A stretch of 64,000 bases of DNA from Octopus vulgaris (lineage: Eukaryota): the NCBI GenBank assembly GCA_951406725.2, contig OX597814.1:102300001-102364000 (forward strand). The letters run 5' to 3'. Both the position numbers and the translations under genes were made by a program. The stretch's first letter is position 1. Every line of letters starts with the position of its first letter. Shown piece by piece: positions 37,580 to 50,774 of the stretch. The notes below the pieces were generated by a model, which had not been told where the DNA came from, did no database searches, and worked only from the letters and a program-made list of their open reading frames with translations.

Positions 37580-37650
37580 GGTTGTTTAACTACATTTAAC
37601 TGATATCCTCTCAGCAGGTGAGTAAAGTCAGCTCCAGTTGTTAGGTAAGA
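37580..37650 (+). other. Candidate recursive splice site with 27-nt RS-exon (37618-37644)
   Basis: tttaactgatatcctctcagCAG|GTGAGT aaagtcagctccagttgttag|GTAAGA. Confidence 0.5.
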
Positions 37651-37716
37651 TTGACTCTATGTTGAAGAAACAATAAATATATTGATAGTATTTGTAGCTA
37701 CAAGTCTTGCTTTTAA

Positions 37717-37939
37717 CTCTTTTGATACCATCGTGCCTGGGAGTAGAAGAGTTCTATGATGCAAACTTCTTGTTTTAAAATGATTTAAAATTAAATCTTT
37801 CCATCAAATTCTGTCAATTTATGTTCCAAATATCTGCTTAAAAATTACAGTTATTTTACTAAATTCTTCATTCTTTTCAAAATTAATTGGAACAAAGGCA
37901 GTGTATTTGTTCCAATACACTACCTTTGTAGCAAAAGGG
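37717..37939. mobile_element. piggyBac-like MITE
   Basis: TTAA|ctcttttgatac...gtagcaaaaggg|TTAA. Related inverted copy at ~61510-61731. Confidence 0.72.
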
Positions 37940-38483
37940 TTAAGAGGATAAAAAGGTATAATTCATGAACTCAGCTCCATTGTATTACTGGTACTTATGG
38001 AACCAGTAAAGATGAAAAAAATAGGCAGTTTTGAGAATATCAGATATAATAATAGTTAAGCCCTTCTATCAATGACTTTTCTTCACTGTTCTAGAGTCTG
38101 AGCTGTCATTTCTGCTTCTCTCCAATTAGATCTTTATCACCTGCCTGCATTACCTATAATATCCTTCATGTTTCATCCCCGAGGGAAGGCTTTCTTCTCT
38201 CAGGTCTCATTGGTTTTGAATTGTCATTGATGCTTCTGTAAGTTTGCATTTTTCTAGCTAGGGGTGTTGGCCCTCTACAAACCCATTTTTACCTCTGGGA
38301 AGTAGTGGTCCATATTAGTCTAGCCTCTTTACTTTGAACCTGTCTAGCATAGTAGGCCCTACTAAGAGTTTGTGTTCCACTGGTATAGCTTTCAGAGCAG
38401 GGCCATCTCAACAGCATTATAGGCCTGCAGATAAATCACTGCACTGAGGCCTATATTATTTACTGACTGTAAGCCACAGTATA

Positions 38484-39030
38484 CAGTCATGGCCAAAATT
38501 GGAATTTTTACATTAAATGCCCAGTTATATTTAATTTGCAATATATTATTACATGGCCAAAAGCTTGGAGCATAGGTATGGAAATTAGAATTTTAATATT
38601 AAATGCCCCATGGCTCAGTGGTTAGAGTGTCAGGCTCATAATCATGAGGTAGTGAGTTTGATTTCCAGACCAGGCTGTGTGTTGTGTTCTTGAGCAAGAC
38701 ACTTTATTTCATGTTGCTCCAGTCTATTCATCTGCAGAAATAAATTGCGTCATCACTGGTGCCAAGCTGTATTGGCCTTTGTCTTTCCCTTATATAACAT
38801 CAGTAGCAAGGGGAGGGAAGGCTGTATGCATGGGCAACTGCTGGTCTTCCATAAACAACTTTGCCAGGAATTATGCCTTGGAGGTGAACTTTCTAGGTGC
38901 AATCCCATGGTCATACATGACCTAAGGGAATCTTTACACTATATACATTGTATATATTTGAATTGAATTGTACTTGGGCATAACAATTTTAATTTTTTAA
39001 AGAAATGTTCCAAACCTTTGGCCATGACTG
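38484..39030. mobile_element. Tc1-type MITE interrupted by SINE family C (38605-38935)
   Basis: TA|cagtcatggccaaa...tttggccatgactg|TA. Confidence 0.8.
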
Positions 39031-40069
39031 TACATGGATCAGAACTGGGTTCCTTAGGCCCAGTGTGACCATACCTTAACACAGCAATGATTCAGTGTCT
39101 TTGAGGTACATAAGCCACCTTACAGTAACATGTACTGAACCTTGTGCTGGTTGTGCCTGAATTAAGAAAAGAAAAATATTAAGAAGGCAGCCTTGCAGTG
39201 GTAATACTTTTTCCTGACAATTTAATCATGAGAAATATTTACATAAAAAGCATACAGATATTTCAATTCAAATTCAGCACTAATTCTGTGGATTTAGAAT
39301 CCTATATTGCTGTTTTTGTTTTGTTTTTTTGTGAAAACATAGAATTCATTCTTTGTGATTATTATTCTGCATTGTTGCCATCATCATCATTGTTGCTGTT
39401 CATGTGATAAAATAAAAACAGTGACAAACGAATCCAAGGAGAAAGAATTCAATTCTCTATAGACTGTTTCTTCAGCTTATATCCACATCACTGTATTAGT
39501 ATGTTTTAGTTCTAATACTAACACGCATGCATACACACAAACACATGCACATGCACATGCTCCACACACGTGGACACACATATACACACACACCACAAAC
39601 ACAAATGCGCACACTTGCATACAGAGAAGTGCATACACATGCACTTAAATACATATGCATACATGAAAGAGAAACACACACACACACACAGACATGCATA
39701 CATGAATACACATGTAAAGAGAATAACAAGATAAATGTAAATAATCATGTGTATGTGCAAGAAAATTGTCATCATCAGTGTCAATAGACAACCGTAAACA
39801 TAGTGTGTGTGTGTGTGTGGTGAGAGAGAGTTTATGAGATTTATTCAAGAGCACAAGGCAATGGTTGAAGTAAGAATTGAAAATGATAAACTCTTTAATC
39901 TGTAAAACAATTATCTTGACTTCACATTTATTGTGTTCATGCTTGTCTAGATACATGTACACACTCACACCCAATCACAAACACACACACACACATTGAG
40001 TTGCAGGTATGACTGAGTGATTAAGAAGTTTGTTTTATAATCATGGGGTCTTGGTTTCAATTACATTGA

Positions 40070-40345
40070 CTAGCGTCCATGTCGGTGACACGTAAAAGCA
40101 CCAACCGATTGTGGCCGTCTGCCAGTGTCCCCTGGCCCCTGTGCCGGTGGCATGTAAAAACCACCCACTACACTCATGGAGTGGTTGGCGTTAGGAAGGG
40201 CATCCAGCTGTAGAAACACTGCCAGATCAGACTGGAGTCTGGTGCAGCCTCCAGGCTTCCCAGATCCTGGTAGAACCGTCCAACCCATACTAGCATGGAA
40301 AACGGACGTTAAACGATGATGGTGATGATGATGATGATGGTGATG
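40070..40345 (+). mobile_element. SINE family D 3' part
   Basis: gtggttggcgttaggaagggcatccagctgtagaaac..ggacgttaaacgatgat(gat)n. Confidence 0.82.
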
Positions 40346-40669
40346 TATGGCATGTTGGGTAAGTATCTTTACAGTAACCTTGAGTTTACATGAAGCCTTG
40401 TGAGGAAAACTGAGTAGACAGAAACCCAGCAAATTTATTGTACGCATAATTTGTAAGTCCAACATTGTCACACATACATTGTATCATGCTGATTCAGCTT
40501 GGGACATATGTTAAGAGTACACTTGTCTGTGGAGTCCTCAGCCACTTAGATGTTAATTTAACAAGATGAACATTTAGCCCAGTGAAAAACTGAGTGCTGT
40601 TTGTGAAAATCAATGAAGCATCAACTAAATGTTTATATTTCTGTATGGGAGATGTTTGGTGTACATAGA

Positions 40670-40900
40670 AGGCGGCGAGCTGGCAGAAACGTTAGCACGC
40701 CGGGCGAAATGCTTAGCAGTATTTCGTCTGCTGCTACATTCTGAGTTCAAATTCTGCCGAGGTCAACTTTGCCTTTCATCCTTTCGGGGTCGATTAAGTA
40801 AGTACCAAATTACGCACTGGGGTCGATATAATTGACTTAATCTGTTTGTCTGTCCTTGTTTGTTCCCTCTGTTTGTAGCCCCTTGTGGGCAGTAAGGAAA
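40670..40900 (+). mobile_element. SINE family A, full length
   Basis: High similarity to 2681-2909. Confidence 0.88.
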
Positions 40901-42052
40901 CGATAGAAGGACTATGCTAATGGAAATACTTCATGTTAGTTTTATCAACCATACTTTTCCATATTGGCTTAGGGCATATTGGAAGAAGGTGTTAATTTTG
41001 GAATTTTCCTTCTCCTAAGTTGATTGCCTTCACCACAGCTAAAAGCTCAAACTACCCTTACAAAAATCTATTTAACCCATAGATGGGACCCTAACTGGTA
41101 CTACTGCTTCGGGTCAGAACAGACCTGGGAATGAGTAATAGTAATTAAGGAATGACTCCACTCTCTCAAAAACTCCATAATTCCCAAACTGGACTCTCAC
41201 CACCAGATACAGTTTAATGTCATATCCGAAACAAATTACCACCAATCACTTCTTGGCCACATTAAGCAAATGGTTTGTGGTATCTGCAAAATCTGTTTGG
41301 AAGGCATGATTAATGGAAAGAGAAACAGCGGTCAGCATCCTAAGAGATAGACATATAACTAACATCACAGCATGGGTAGTTCTTGACATAGTTTCCTTGA
41401 ATGCTCTTGCCAAAATTTGAATACTATATAGGCAATTGTCTCATGTTGGCGCGCATTCTGCCACTGGTGGAGAAAGTGGGAAATGAGAAGTACTATCCCT
41501 CATATGATACCAAAAGTAGAAATACTACCAGACAGTAAATAACTCCATCTTTGTTCTTTCATCAAAGCTCTTTTTATCTGTTACTCACTGTGATACTGAA
41601 TCACAGTTAGACCCCACATTCATAAAGATGTTCTGTCTTTTCTTAATTTTTCTCTTTACTATTCATCTGTCTGTCTGCCTATCTATCTGTCTGTCACCTC
41701 TATCTGTTTACATACATATATATCATTACATCTCTCTCTCTCTCTGTCTCACACACACATACGCATGCGTGCATGCACATGCATATACAGACACACAAAC
41801 ATGCTATCTCTCTCATAAACATAACAAGCTCTATAGTGTTACTGTTATCAGAAACAAAATAGTTACTGTAATACATTTCCTATATACTTGGTATTTGAGG
41901 AAATACTTTCAATTTCTGTTGAAATCATTGGACATTCCAACAGCTTTTCTTTCCTCGTTTCTTTACACCCACATACATGTGTGTGTGTGTGTGTGTTATA
42001 TGTATGTGTTCATGTATGTATGTCAGTTTGTGTATGTGTATGTATAAGCATG

Positions 42053-42395
42053 TTTTACTTGTTTCAGTCATTGAACTGCTGCCACGCTGGAGCACTACTT
42101 TGTAAAGTTTAATCAAATAAATTAACTCCAGTACTTATATTTAAGTCTGCTATTTATTCTATCAGTCTCTTTTGCTGAACTACTAAGTTACTGGGATATA
42201 AATAAACCAACACTGGTTGTCAAGCAGTGGTGAGGAGACAAACACATACACACACGAAAAGCTTCCACATAGTTTTCATCTCTACCAAATTCACAAGGCA
42301 TTGGTTAGGGGCTATAGTAGAAGACAGTTGCTCAAAGTGCTGTGCAGTGAAATTGAACCTGTAAACATGTTATGAAGGAAACTTCTTAACCACAT
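42053..42395 (-). mobile_element. SINE family B, degraded
   Basis: ttttacttgtttcagtca..gctggagcac..ggttgtcaagcagtgg..ggctatagtagaagac. Confidence 0.75.
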
Positions 42396-42523
42396 GTTTT
42401 TTCAACTAGTGTTTAGCCATGCTTACACACTGGTTCAACATCTGGTTTATAGCTTTGATATGGTCCTGCCTTTTTGTGTTTTAATCAATCATGTCAACTT
42501 GGCATAAACTTTTTAAACTTGTA

Positions 42524-42905
42524 CAGTGATACCTTGCAGTATGAGTTTAATTTGATCCATGACCGAGCTTGTCTTGTGATTTACTCGTTTTACAAATGAA
42601 TTTTCCCCATTGAAATTAACTAAAATATAATTAATCCATTCCGGCCCTCAAAAACCACTCAAAAATAATTTTTTATGGGTTTTAAAACAGAAATGGTGTA
42701 GCTACAAGTAAAATGACAATTATATAAAAGAGAATGCAAAGGAAATATGTAAACTGGTTTTATTAACTGAATTACCTTAAAGATGGATAATTTATGTGCT
42801 CATACTGCAGATTTCCGCTCCTACTTCAAGACAAAAATTTGCACAAGTCTCGGCTCGTACAGCAAATTACTCGTACAATGGTGCACTCATACTTCAAGGT
42901 TCTTC
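42524..42905. mobile_element. Tigger-like MITE, degraded
   Basis: ta|cagtgataccttgcagtatgagt ... actcatacttcaaggtt. Confidence 0.5.
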
Positions 42906-43365
42906 TTTTAATATTTTATATTTTATTGAATTGCCTTTTGCACAGATAAACATAAACCCTATACACAGACTTTGACCCATACAATGCTCTTGTGTATATA
43001 TTTATCATCAATCATCATCATTATTTTACACTTGCTTTCCATGCTGGTATGAGTCGGATGGGACATGCTGGTCCAAATCATTTCCTACTGAGAGTCACTA
43101 CTTCCTTAACTGGTTTGCATATGCATTATTTGGCTTGGTTTCTATGGTTGAATGTCCTTCCTTTTGTGGATTTAGCTGAAAGGAACTGAAAGAATGATGT
43201 TGTTGTTGGTGGTGGTGGTGGTGACAATTCCTAGACTGATTAGTACAGTGTTCTTGAGCAAAACACTTTATCTCAAATTGTTCTGCAATTCAACGCCTGT
43301 GCTGAAACTTGACCCTCACTAAAAAGCTTGAAAAACAAATAGACGTCTGCTATACAACAATGTCT

Positions 43366-43610
43366 GGAGGCATATGGCTTAATGGCTAGGGTGTTGGACT
43401 TATGCTCGTAAGTCTTTGGTTTCGATTCCTGGACTGGGCAATGCATTGTATTCATGAGCAAAACACCTCATTTTATGTTGCTCCATTCCACTCAGCTGGC
43501 AAAAATGAGTAATCCTGTGATAGACTGTCATCCTATCCATGTGGAGAATATATATGCCATGAAACCAAGAAACTGGCCCTTATGAGTTTGTATGACTCAA
43601 AAAGAAGGTA
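43366..43610 (+). mobile_element. SINE family C
   Basis: Homologous to 23028-23270 with CpG>TpG/CpA changes. Confidence 0.8.
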
Positions 43611-44240
43611 ACTTTACCTTTTTTTTCTTTTTACACAGAATGTTAAGAATGGCTCTGAATGTTACTTGGAGAGCTCATTTAACCAGGACAGTGGAATGGC
43701 AAATGTTGATGAACTATGAACCTGCATGGGAGACCATGGTGGATGGTGTACTCATGTGAAATCATTGAAGCATCAGAGAGGACGGCAAAACTAACACATG
43801 CTTTGTTGATTTGATGGAGGGAATGAACTAATGTATAGCACATACATTTTGATTACTATAAACAAATCAATTACGCAGTTCATTCAGCAAAAACTGAATA
43901 CTAATATATTGTCTTCAACTGGAGATTCTGTCGTGTGTGCGTGTGTGTGTAAATAATTGAATAAGTTGAAATCAACAAGAAAGAGTACAGAGGAATATTT
44001 ATTTGTAATTACTACAATTGTTTCCATGCAGTGTAGTTCTCCAGTTTCTCAGGTATTTGGTTATGTAACCATTTCCCTGTATTATGAGATCTTGTGTTTC
44101 ATCAGGTGATATATAAATATTGTTTCTGAGCTCTGTAAATGGGTGAAATCTGAAGGTGTATGAGCTTTATACTGTACTCTATTACATTCTTAACAGAATA
44201 TAACCTAATTATATAATATATATATACACATATATATACA

Positions 44241-46136
44241 CCATAACACCCATATAATTTACACACTTTTTTTGCAAAAATAAACTTTAGGAGGTGCGTA
44301 AATTACATGAGTAGATCATTTCCAGAATTTTTTTAGAAATTTTTTTTTTGTTGAAAAATGATGTTCGGGAAGTTGACTCATTTCATGTCAGAATAGGTTT
44401 TTTACAGAAAAAATGTAATGAAGTTGACTTCTATTTAAGCTGGACAGTATAATGCTTACTTTTTCTGTATAAATTTACTAAAACTATTAAATGGTGAACT
44501 ATTTTTAAAGTTTGACATTCATGCTTGTAATCATGGTCCAGGCCATATTTTGCATAGCTTGGAGTTTCTACCTATTGCAATGGAGCATAGCAATTTCCTT
44601 AAATAGATCAGTTTTTCTCCCCTTTGGGCCTCTAACTTGTGTTTGCACCAGGAAGCTATTTGCTCACTTTCTCCATGTTACAACACAATGAAATTCCTCA
44701 CTGCTGATATCATCACTATCAGCTCTTACTGCATCTAATGTCAACAATGACAACATCTTAATTCATCCTTGTGCATGTGAACTCACTAAGTGAATATGAC
44801 TTCCTACAGAAATCTTCATTTACTTTATACAATGTTTAATGTCATTTCACATTCATGTTAAATTATGCAACAATCTTATGTTCTCTTCATAGAACACTTG
44901 TAATGTATGTATTAACAGTTCTTTTGGTATAGTAGATTTTTGCTTTTCTTGTTTATGTCTCCTCACAGATGTGTATATTCTAACAAGTTGCTTCTTAAAT
45001 TTTACACCTCTCTTGTTCAATAAACACTGGGTTAAATTTGCAAAGCTGTTTATTTTCTCCTTTCAATTTTTAATATCTATTTTAGAGGGTTACCAAACTA
45101 TCAGTTTGGTCTCCTGGCTAAAATGGTAATGACAAATTTTTAAGTTTGCTTGACATTTTATAAGCATGAAAGGGATTAAAATTTTAATACTCCATATCAA
45201 AGGTTCCGACAAGAATAAACAGAAAATCAGAGCTTAAGACAAGAAGACACTTTTGACCAATCATAATTCTGTTTACATTATCAATTTGGTCAGTCATCTT
45301 CCTCTGTCGGTTGAGTAAAGTGTTATCTAGGCTGATGCCTATTGGTAATTAAATTTATTTTGCAACACTTGTGTATATTTATCAGCTTTGTTTTTGTTGA
45401 TAAGAATTATCAACAACTTTTCCTGTGATTGTGATTTGAGAAGATATACAGAAGTATGCTAAAGATTGGACATAATCTCTTGTGGGCAAGAAATGTAAAA
45501 TAAAGTTTATTAGAAACAACACTAACACTTCGTATTTTAACAGCTTTCAATGTGATACCTGTTAAACAGAAATTATTTTTATTTAATGAAAATTTAATAA
45601 AATCTAATCATAGGCGCAGGAGTGGCTGTGTGGTAAGTAGCTTGCTAACCAACCACACAGTTGCGGGTTCAGTCCCACTGCGTGGCATCTTGGGCAAGTG
45701 TCTTCTGCTATAGCCCCGGGCCGACCAATGCCTTGTGAGTGGATTTGGTAGACGGAAACTGAAAGAAGCCTGTCGTATATATGTATATGTGTGTGTGTTT
45801 GTGTGTCTGTGTTTGTCCCCCTAGCATTGCTTGACAACCGATGCTGGTGTGTTTACGTCCCCGTCACTTAGCGGTTCGGCAAAAAGAGACCGATAGAATA
45901 AGTACTAAAAGGTGGTGCTCCAGCATGGCCGCAGTCAGATGACTGAAACAAGTAAAAGAGTAAAAGAGTATAAGTAAGGGAAATTATGCTAAATACAACT
46001 GAATTGAAAACCTTCTTCCCTTGGCCATATTGGCAATTCTGAAAACTTTTGGGTGCAAATTTTACATGAATAGAAGCTTATTTTTAACAAATTTTATCCT
46101 GAAAATCACCTGCATAAATTACATGGGTTTTTACAG
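44241..46136. mobile_element. Non-autonomous Tc1/pogo-superfamily element (~1.9 kb) containing a SINE B insertion
   Basis: Imperfect TIRs ccataacacccatataatttacaca / tgcataaattacatgggtttttacag|ta, with subterminal ggtgc.taaattacatga repeats. Confidence 0.6.
45612..45971 (+). mobile_element. tRNA-derived SINE family B, full-length young copy
   Basis: ggcgcaggagtggctgtgtggtaag..gggttcagtccc..cttgggcaagtgtctt..(TG)n..gactgaaacaa(gtaaaaga)n tail. Confidence 0.9.
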
Positions 46137-48152
46137 TATTTATGCACACACACACACACACATTAAAAGAAGAGGGCACAGTAAAGTGTGACATGCAACC
46201 AAGATGAGGCTCAGCTTTGGGTTCCATACTCCACTCCAGCATTGAGCATAGTACACTAAACTCAGGCTAGTTTAGAGTATGGTATACAAGCCAAATAACT
46301 GAAAAAAATAAACAGAAAATGGGTGTGGTATTCAAAGCCATATACACATGCCAAAGGACATGCACACATGTCAAAAGACATACTCACATGTCAAAGGACA
46401 TACACACATCAGCAAAATGCATGATTGCATAATGTTCTATTATGGCCATGTAATTATTTCAGTATTTTGCTGCCACACATGTATGTCCTACAAAGCTTTG
46501 AATACCACACATGCTTTCTGCTTATTATGTGTGTGTGTGTGTGTGTGTATTTTGTGTGTTTCCTTATTTCAACATCATGTGTGAGTTGTTAGTGTCACAA
46601 TCATAAACGGTGTCACTCATTTCTAGCTTTCTATGAAGATGTGTCCAGACAAGAGAAAATATCAGCTAATTTAGAAAGAGATAAGAGCTGGTGACAGGGA
46701 GGGGTTTCCATCTGTAAAAAAATAATGGCACAACAAATTTTGTTTGACCCATGCAAAAGTATGGAAAAATAAACATTCAAACAATGATGATGATATATGT
46801 GTGTGTATAAATCTGATGATTTTTCTCTGCTCTACACACAGTTTCTCACTATCTGTGACCCTCCAGGTGACAAAAAGAATTAGATATGTAACTAGGTAAC
46901 TAGCCGTGTGTTGTACATGAAATAAATGATAAAGCAGTTAAAAAGGTTAAAGCAATGCAAGAGAAAGAAGATAATGAGTGAAAGAGAGAGAGAGTAAGGA
47001 AGAAGGAGGTGGATCACAGTTTGTGGCCAGTCTAACTTCTCTATGCTATTCCAAAAGTGCTGTATTTGTAACCATCAAAAATTCTATGGTATGTAACTAT
47101 TTTATTTATAAAAACCACAAACTACATACACTGAATTATGTTTGAATTTATTGTAAACAAAATGACCTGAAATTGAAATAATCATGTGTTGGGGTGGTCT
47201 TGGAATATACGTTTGTATACATTTGTATAATATGCAAACACATACCACACATTAAAGAAGCACTTTATGTCTCTACTAAAGTTATCAGCTCTCTTAATGT
47301 CTATGAATACAGCCATAATCCTGTGTGATGATACTTGTACACAAGTTTAAATATTACTTTCTTTATTTTTCTTATCTCAGGACTTACTGTTCTCTTAGAT
47401 AATTTATCTAAAGTGTCAGTGTTAGAATCTGCAGAATATATTATATATCTTTCCACTCCATATGAAACAGAGACTACACCATACAAATTTCATAATTGTC
47501 CAAATGGAAACCAAACTTTTAAAATAGCCAATCAGCTGATGCAGTGTACTCATACCTGTAGCCCTGTGCATGGTTGCCCTTGACTTGTCTAATAACTGAC
47601 ACGTCATGCTACATCAGTTTGTGTTTGATTGACACATACCTGAGTGAACATATGTTTAGGGTATTTGGTGATTTGTTGCAAGTTGAACAATGAAAGATTT
47701 GGGAGACTAACATGTTCGTGTGAAATTCTGCTTCAAGTTAGGGAAAAAGTTCTTACAAAGACTTTTCTAATGCTATGATATGAATATCAGAGAATTGTCA
47801 TAGTTGTATGCAATGTCATGAGTAGTATTGATATTTGAAATCAGAAAGAACATCCATGAAAGACAATCTCAAACCTGGATGACCTTCCATGACAACAGAA
47901 AATAACCACATGATGTGATTTATGTGATACATGAAAATTGTTATCTAACTCTGCCCATGAAATTTCCAAAGAATTAAGTATCTGTTAAAAAAAATTCCTT
48001 CAGAAAAGACCCCAGTACAGGACTAGTTACTTTATTTTTGACACCAGGGCTTGAACTCAGATAACTGTAGCAATTTTTGTAAGGTAATTTAACTAATAAC
48101 TGCCAGTTCACTTACCTACAGTTTGTGGCTGTATATAAAAGAAAATTATAAT

Positions 48153-48487
48153 CTCTCTCTCTCTATCCGCTCAGTCAAAGTCGACTCTCGGTCACTTGTT
48201 GGATCAGTGTCCTCCAGTCAGTTCTATCCTGGGCCGCTTCTTTCAGATTGGCTATGTCCATTCCAGTACCACTCTTGATGGTGTCAAGCCAGCGGGTTCT
48301 TGGTCGGCCTCTTCCTCTCTTGCCACTGACCATTCCGAGCATGATATCCTTCTCCAGGGATTTTCTCCGCATAATATGACCGAAATATGCCAATCTATGC
48401 TTGGTGATCCTAGCTTCTAGCGACATTTTTGGCCCTATCTGCTTAAGAACTTCTCCATTGGTGAGCCTCGCTGTCCATGGAATCCGC
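48153..48487 (-). mobile_element. 5'-truncated RTE-BovB-like LINE with 11-bp TSD
   Basis: RIPWTARLTN..YFGHIMRR.SLEKDIMLGMVSGKRGRGRPRTRWLD, (GA)n tail, TSD aaaattataat at 48142-48152 and 48488-48498. Confidence 0.93.
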
Positions 48488-48804
48488 AAAATTATAATAG
48501 TGAAATAATTTATATGCTTATTATTGTTGTTTGTTGTTTAGACCAAGGATGATCCTTATCAAGCCAACATATCGTCAAGATTATTTTAGTCTTGAGCATC
48601 TCAATTTCTTTTTCAGATATACTATATCTAAGATTATATGTTCCTTCTTTTTTTAAGGTGGCAAAGCATGATTTGAAGGAGATTTGGCTGGTTGGGCAAA
48701 TGCATAGAGGTTGGTTTGGGATACTTTGATTTGGTTTAACTAAAGAAGAGATAGTAACTCATATGGTGGTGGTGGTGGTGGTGGTGTCCTGCAGAAGTGT
48801 CATA

Positions 48805-49990
48805 TCTACTACATATGTGGCAAATCGGTGTGTTTGTGTTTGTTTGTGGTGTTGTTAGCTAACTCCTCCTACACCATTTTATTGATTTTGGTGAAACTTG
48901 ACACGTGAGTAGAACTCATGTCTGGAAATCTTGTGACAAACATAGATTGTTAAAAAAATTGATAATATGGCCCCTGGAAGGGACCTTCATAACTACTTCA
49001 TATAACAAATGTTTTTAACACCCAAGGGAAATAACCCATAGCACCTGTACAATATTTTTTAAACACCCAAGGGAAATAACCCATCTCACTTTTTGTGTTC
49101 GATTACTTTGAATATTGATTTTTTGTGTCCTATTTCTAATGTTTACAGACAATATCACTTTTATACTTTATTTGACACATAAGTAGAACTCATAGCTGGA
49201 AACCTTGTCACATAGTTAGATTGTTGAAAAAAAAAATCAATAATAGGGCCCTTCCAATGGATCCTTCTATCTACTACATATTACTAATATTTTATTTAAA
49301 CAACCCAAGGGAAATAACCTATACCACCTGCAGATTTTAGTGAAGCGATCAATATTTGATTCTCATGATCAGCCGACCTAATTCTGCATTTCGCTACTCA
49401 TGATTTTGAACTGCTAAACATTATTATTGCACTTCCTTAATTTGAATCTTAAACAGCAAAGACTTCATTCATACATTTCTATACATACATACTTTTTTGA
49501 TTGTCCATTACTCTGATAATTCTGCATTTTTACAGTTACACTTTTCCATGACAGCAGATAAATTTTTTATTCCACAACGTATTTGTAGTGGCTTCATGCA
49601 AGCATAGCATGGATTTGATCCTCGATTGCCAAATTTCACTTAACACTTCAACAGCACTTTTCTTAGGGTAAACAATAGTTTTTTTCTGTGAATGACAGCA
49701 GTTATACCTTTCCCAGATGCCTTTGCTAAGCAGGATAATGTCTTCACCTCTCGCCAACCTCCAACAACCTCTCTCACCAACCTCTGACAATCTTTCTCGC
49801 CAACCTCCGAAACCTCTCTCGCTAACCTCCAACAATCTCTCCCTCCTCCAGCTGACAGTTTTTGTACTTTTTCATGACAGAAAATGCACTTTTTGTGGCA
49901 GTTATAACAAAATTGCTTTCTTATATCAGATTAATAAGGCGTTTCAATAGAACATCTTCACTCCTGGGAATTACTGGGTACACCAGCTAG
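48805..49990 (+). mobile_element. Non-autonomous Helitron
   Basis: A|TCTACTACATAT...cctgggaattactgggtacaccagCTAG|T, with internal subrepeats (cccaagggaaataacc x3). Confidence 0.8.
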
Positions 49991-50384
49991 TCCATTTATA
50001 AATGCATTTCTCTTTCATTTTTAGTAACAGAGAATCTTCTGTAATCTAGTGACTGTAAATGATCAAATTCTCAAACAAAGTATTGATTGTAAAATAAACA
50101 GTATTCAATGTTAAGTTGGCAATGACAATAAGTTATTCAATAAAGCCAGTGTAAAAAGGAAACATCAGTGATTTTCAAATTAGAACCTGCAGATTCTTAG
50201 AATATCAAGGACAATGTTTCTCAACTTTTTATGTCCCATGCTCCTCTTAGATTTTCCAAAAAGACATGCACCCACTTTTAAACATTTCACAGAAAACCAA
50301 CAAATTTGACAAAAACACAACAAATGGAAAATTCACAGCTAATTCCTCTTCAGTTCTATGTTTAAGAGATGAGGAATTATGTAC

Positions 50385-50520
50385 AGTATTTACATTTGAC
50401 GGATATTTGTTCTCATCTTGTTTGTTGTTAACACTTTTTGGTTGATATACACTCCAGCCTTCATCAGGTGTCTTGGGGAAATTTCAAACCTGAGTTCTCA
50501 TTCCTAAGGTATTTTTGTAA
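50385..50520 (-). mobile_element. PLE-like short repeat with hammerhead motif (copy 2)
   Basis: Minus strand: acacCTGATGAaggctggagtgtatatcaacc..gtgtt. Confidence 0.6.
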
Positions 50521-50632
50521 TGTAAATCCACTGGGAATAGCTAATGAACATACAGGACAATGACAGAAACAAGCACAACAAAATAATATATATATATATA
50601 TATATATATGTGTGTTTTTTGTGAATTCTCCC

Positions 50633-50668
<36 letters not shown>

Positions 50669-50704
50669 ATTCATAAAAAAACAGAAGATGAAGAGAGGTG
50701 GTGT

Positions 50705-50771
<67 letters not shown>

Positions 50772-50774
50772 CTA

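Noticed and set aside
39496-39974. Several overlapping 77-109 aa ORFs (also at 7220-7510, 8805-9153, 41628-42112)
   Set aside because: Translations of CA/TA/TG microsatellite-like DNA.
48105-48150. Minus-strand apparent 13-nt microexon (cag|CCACAAACTGTAG|gtaagt)
   Set aside because: The donor coincides with the mutated 5' end of a degraded family A SINE, so likely chance.
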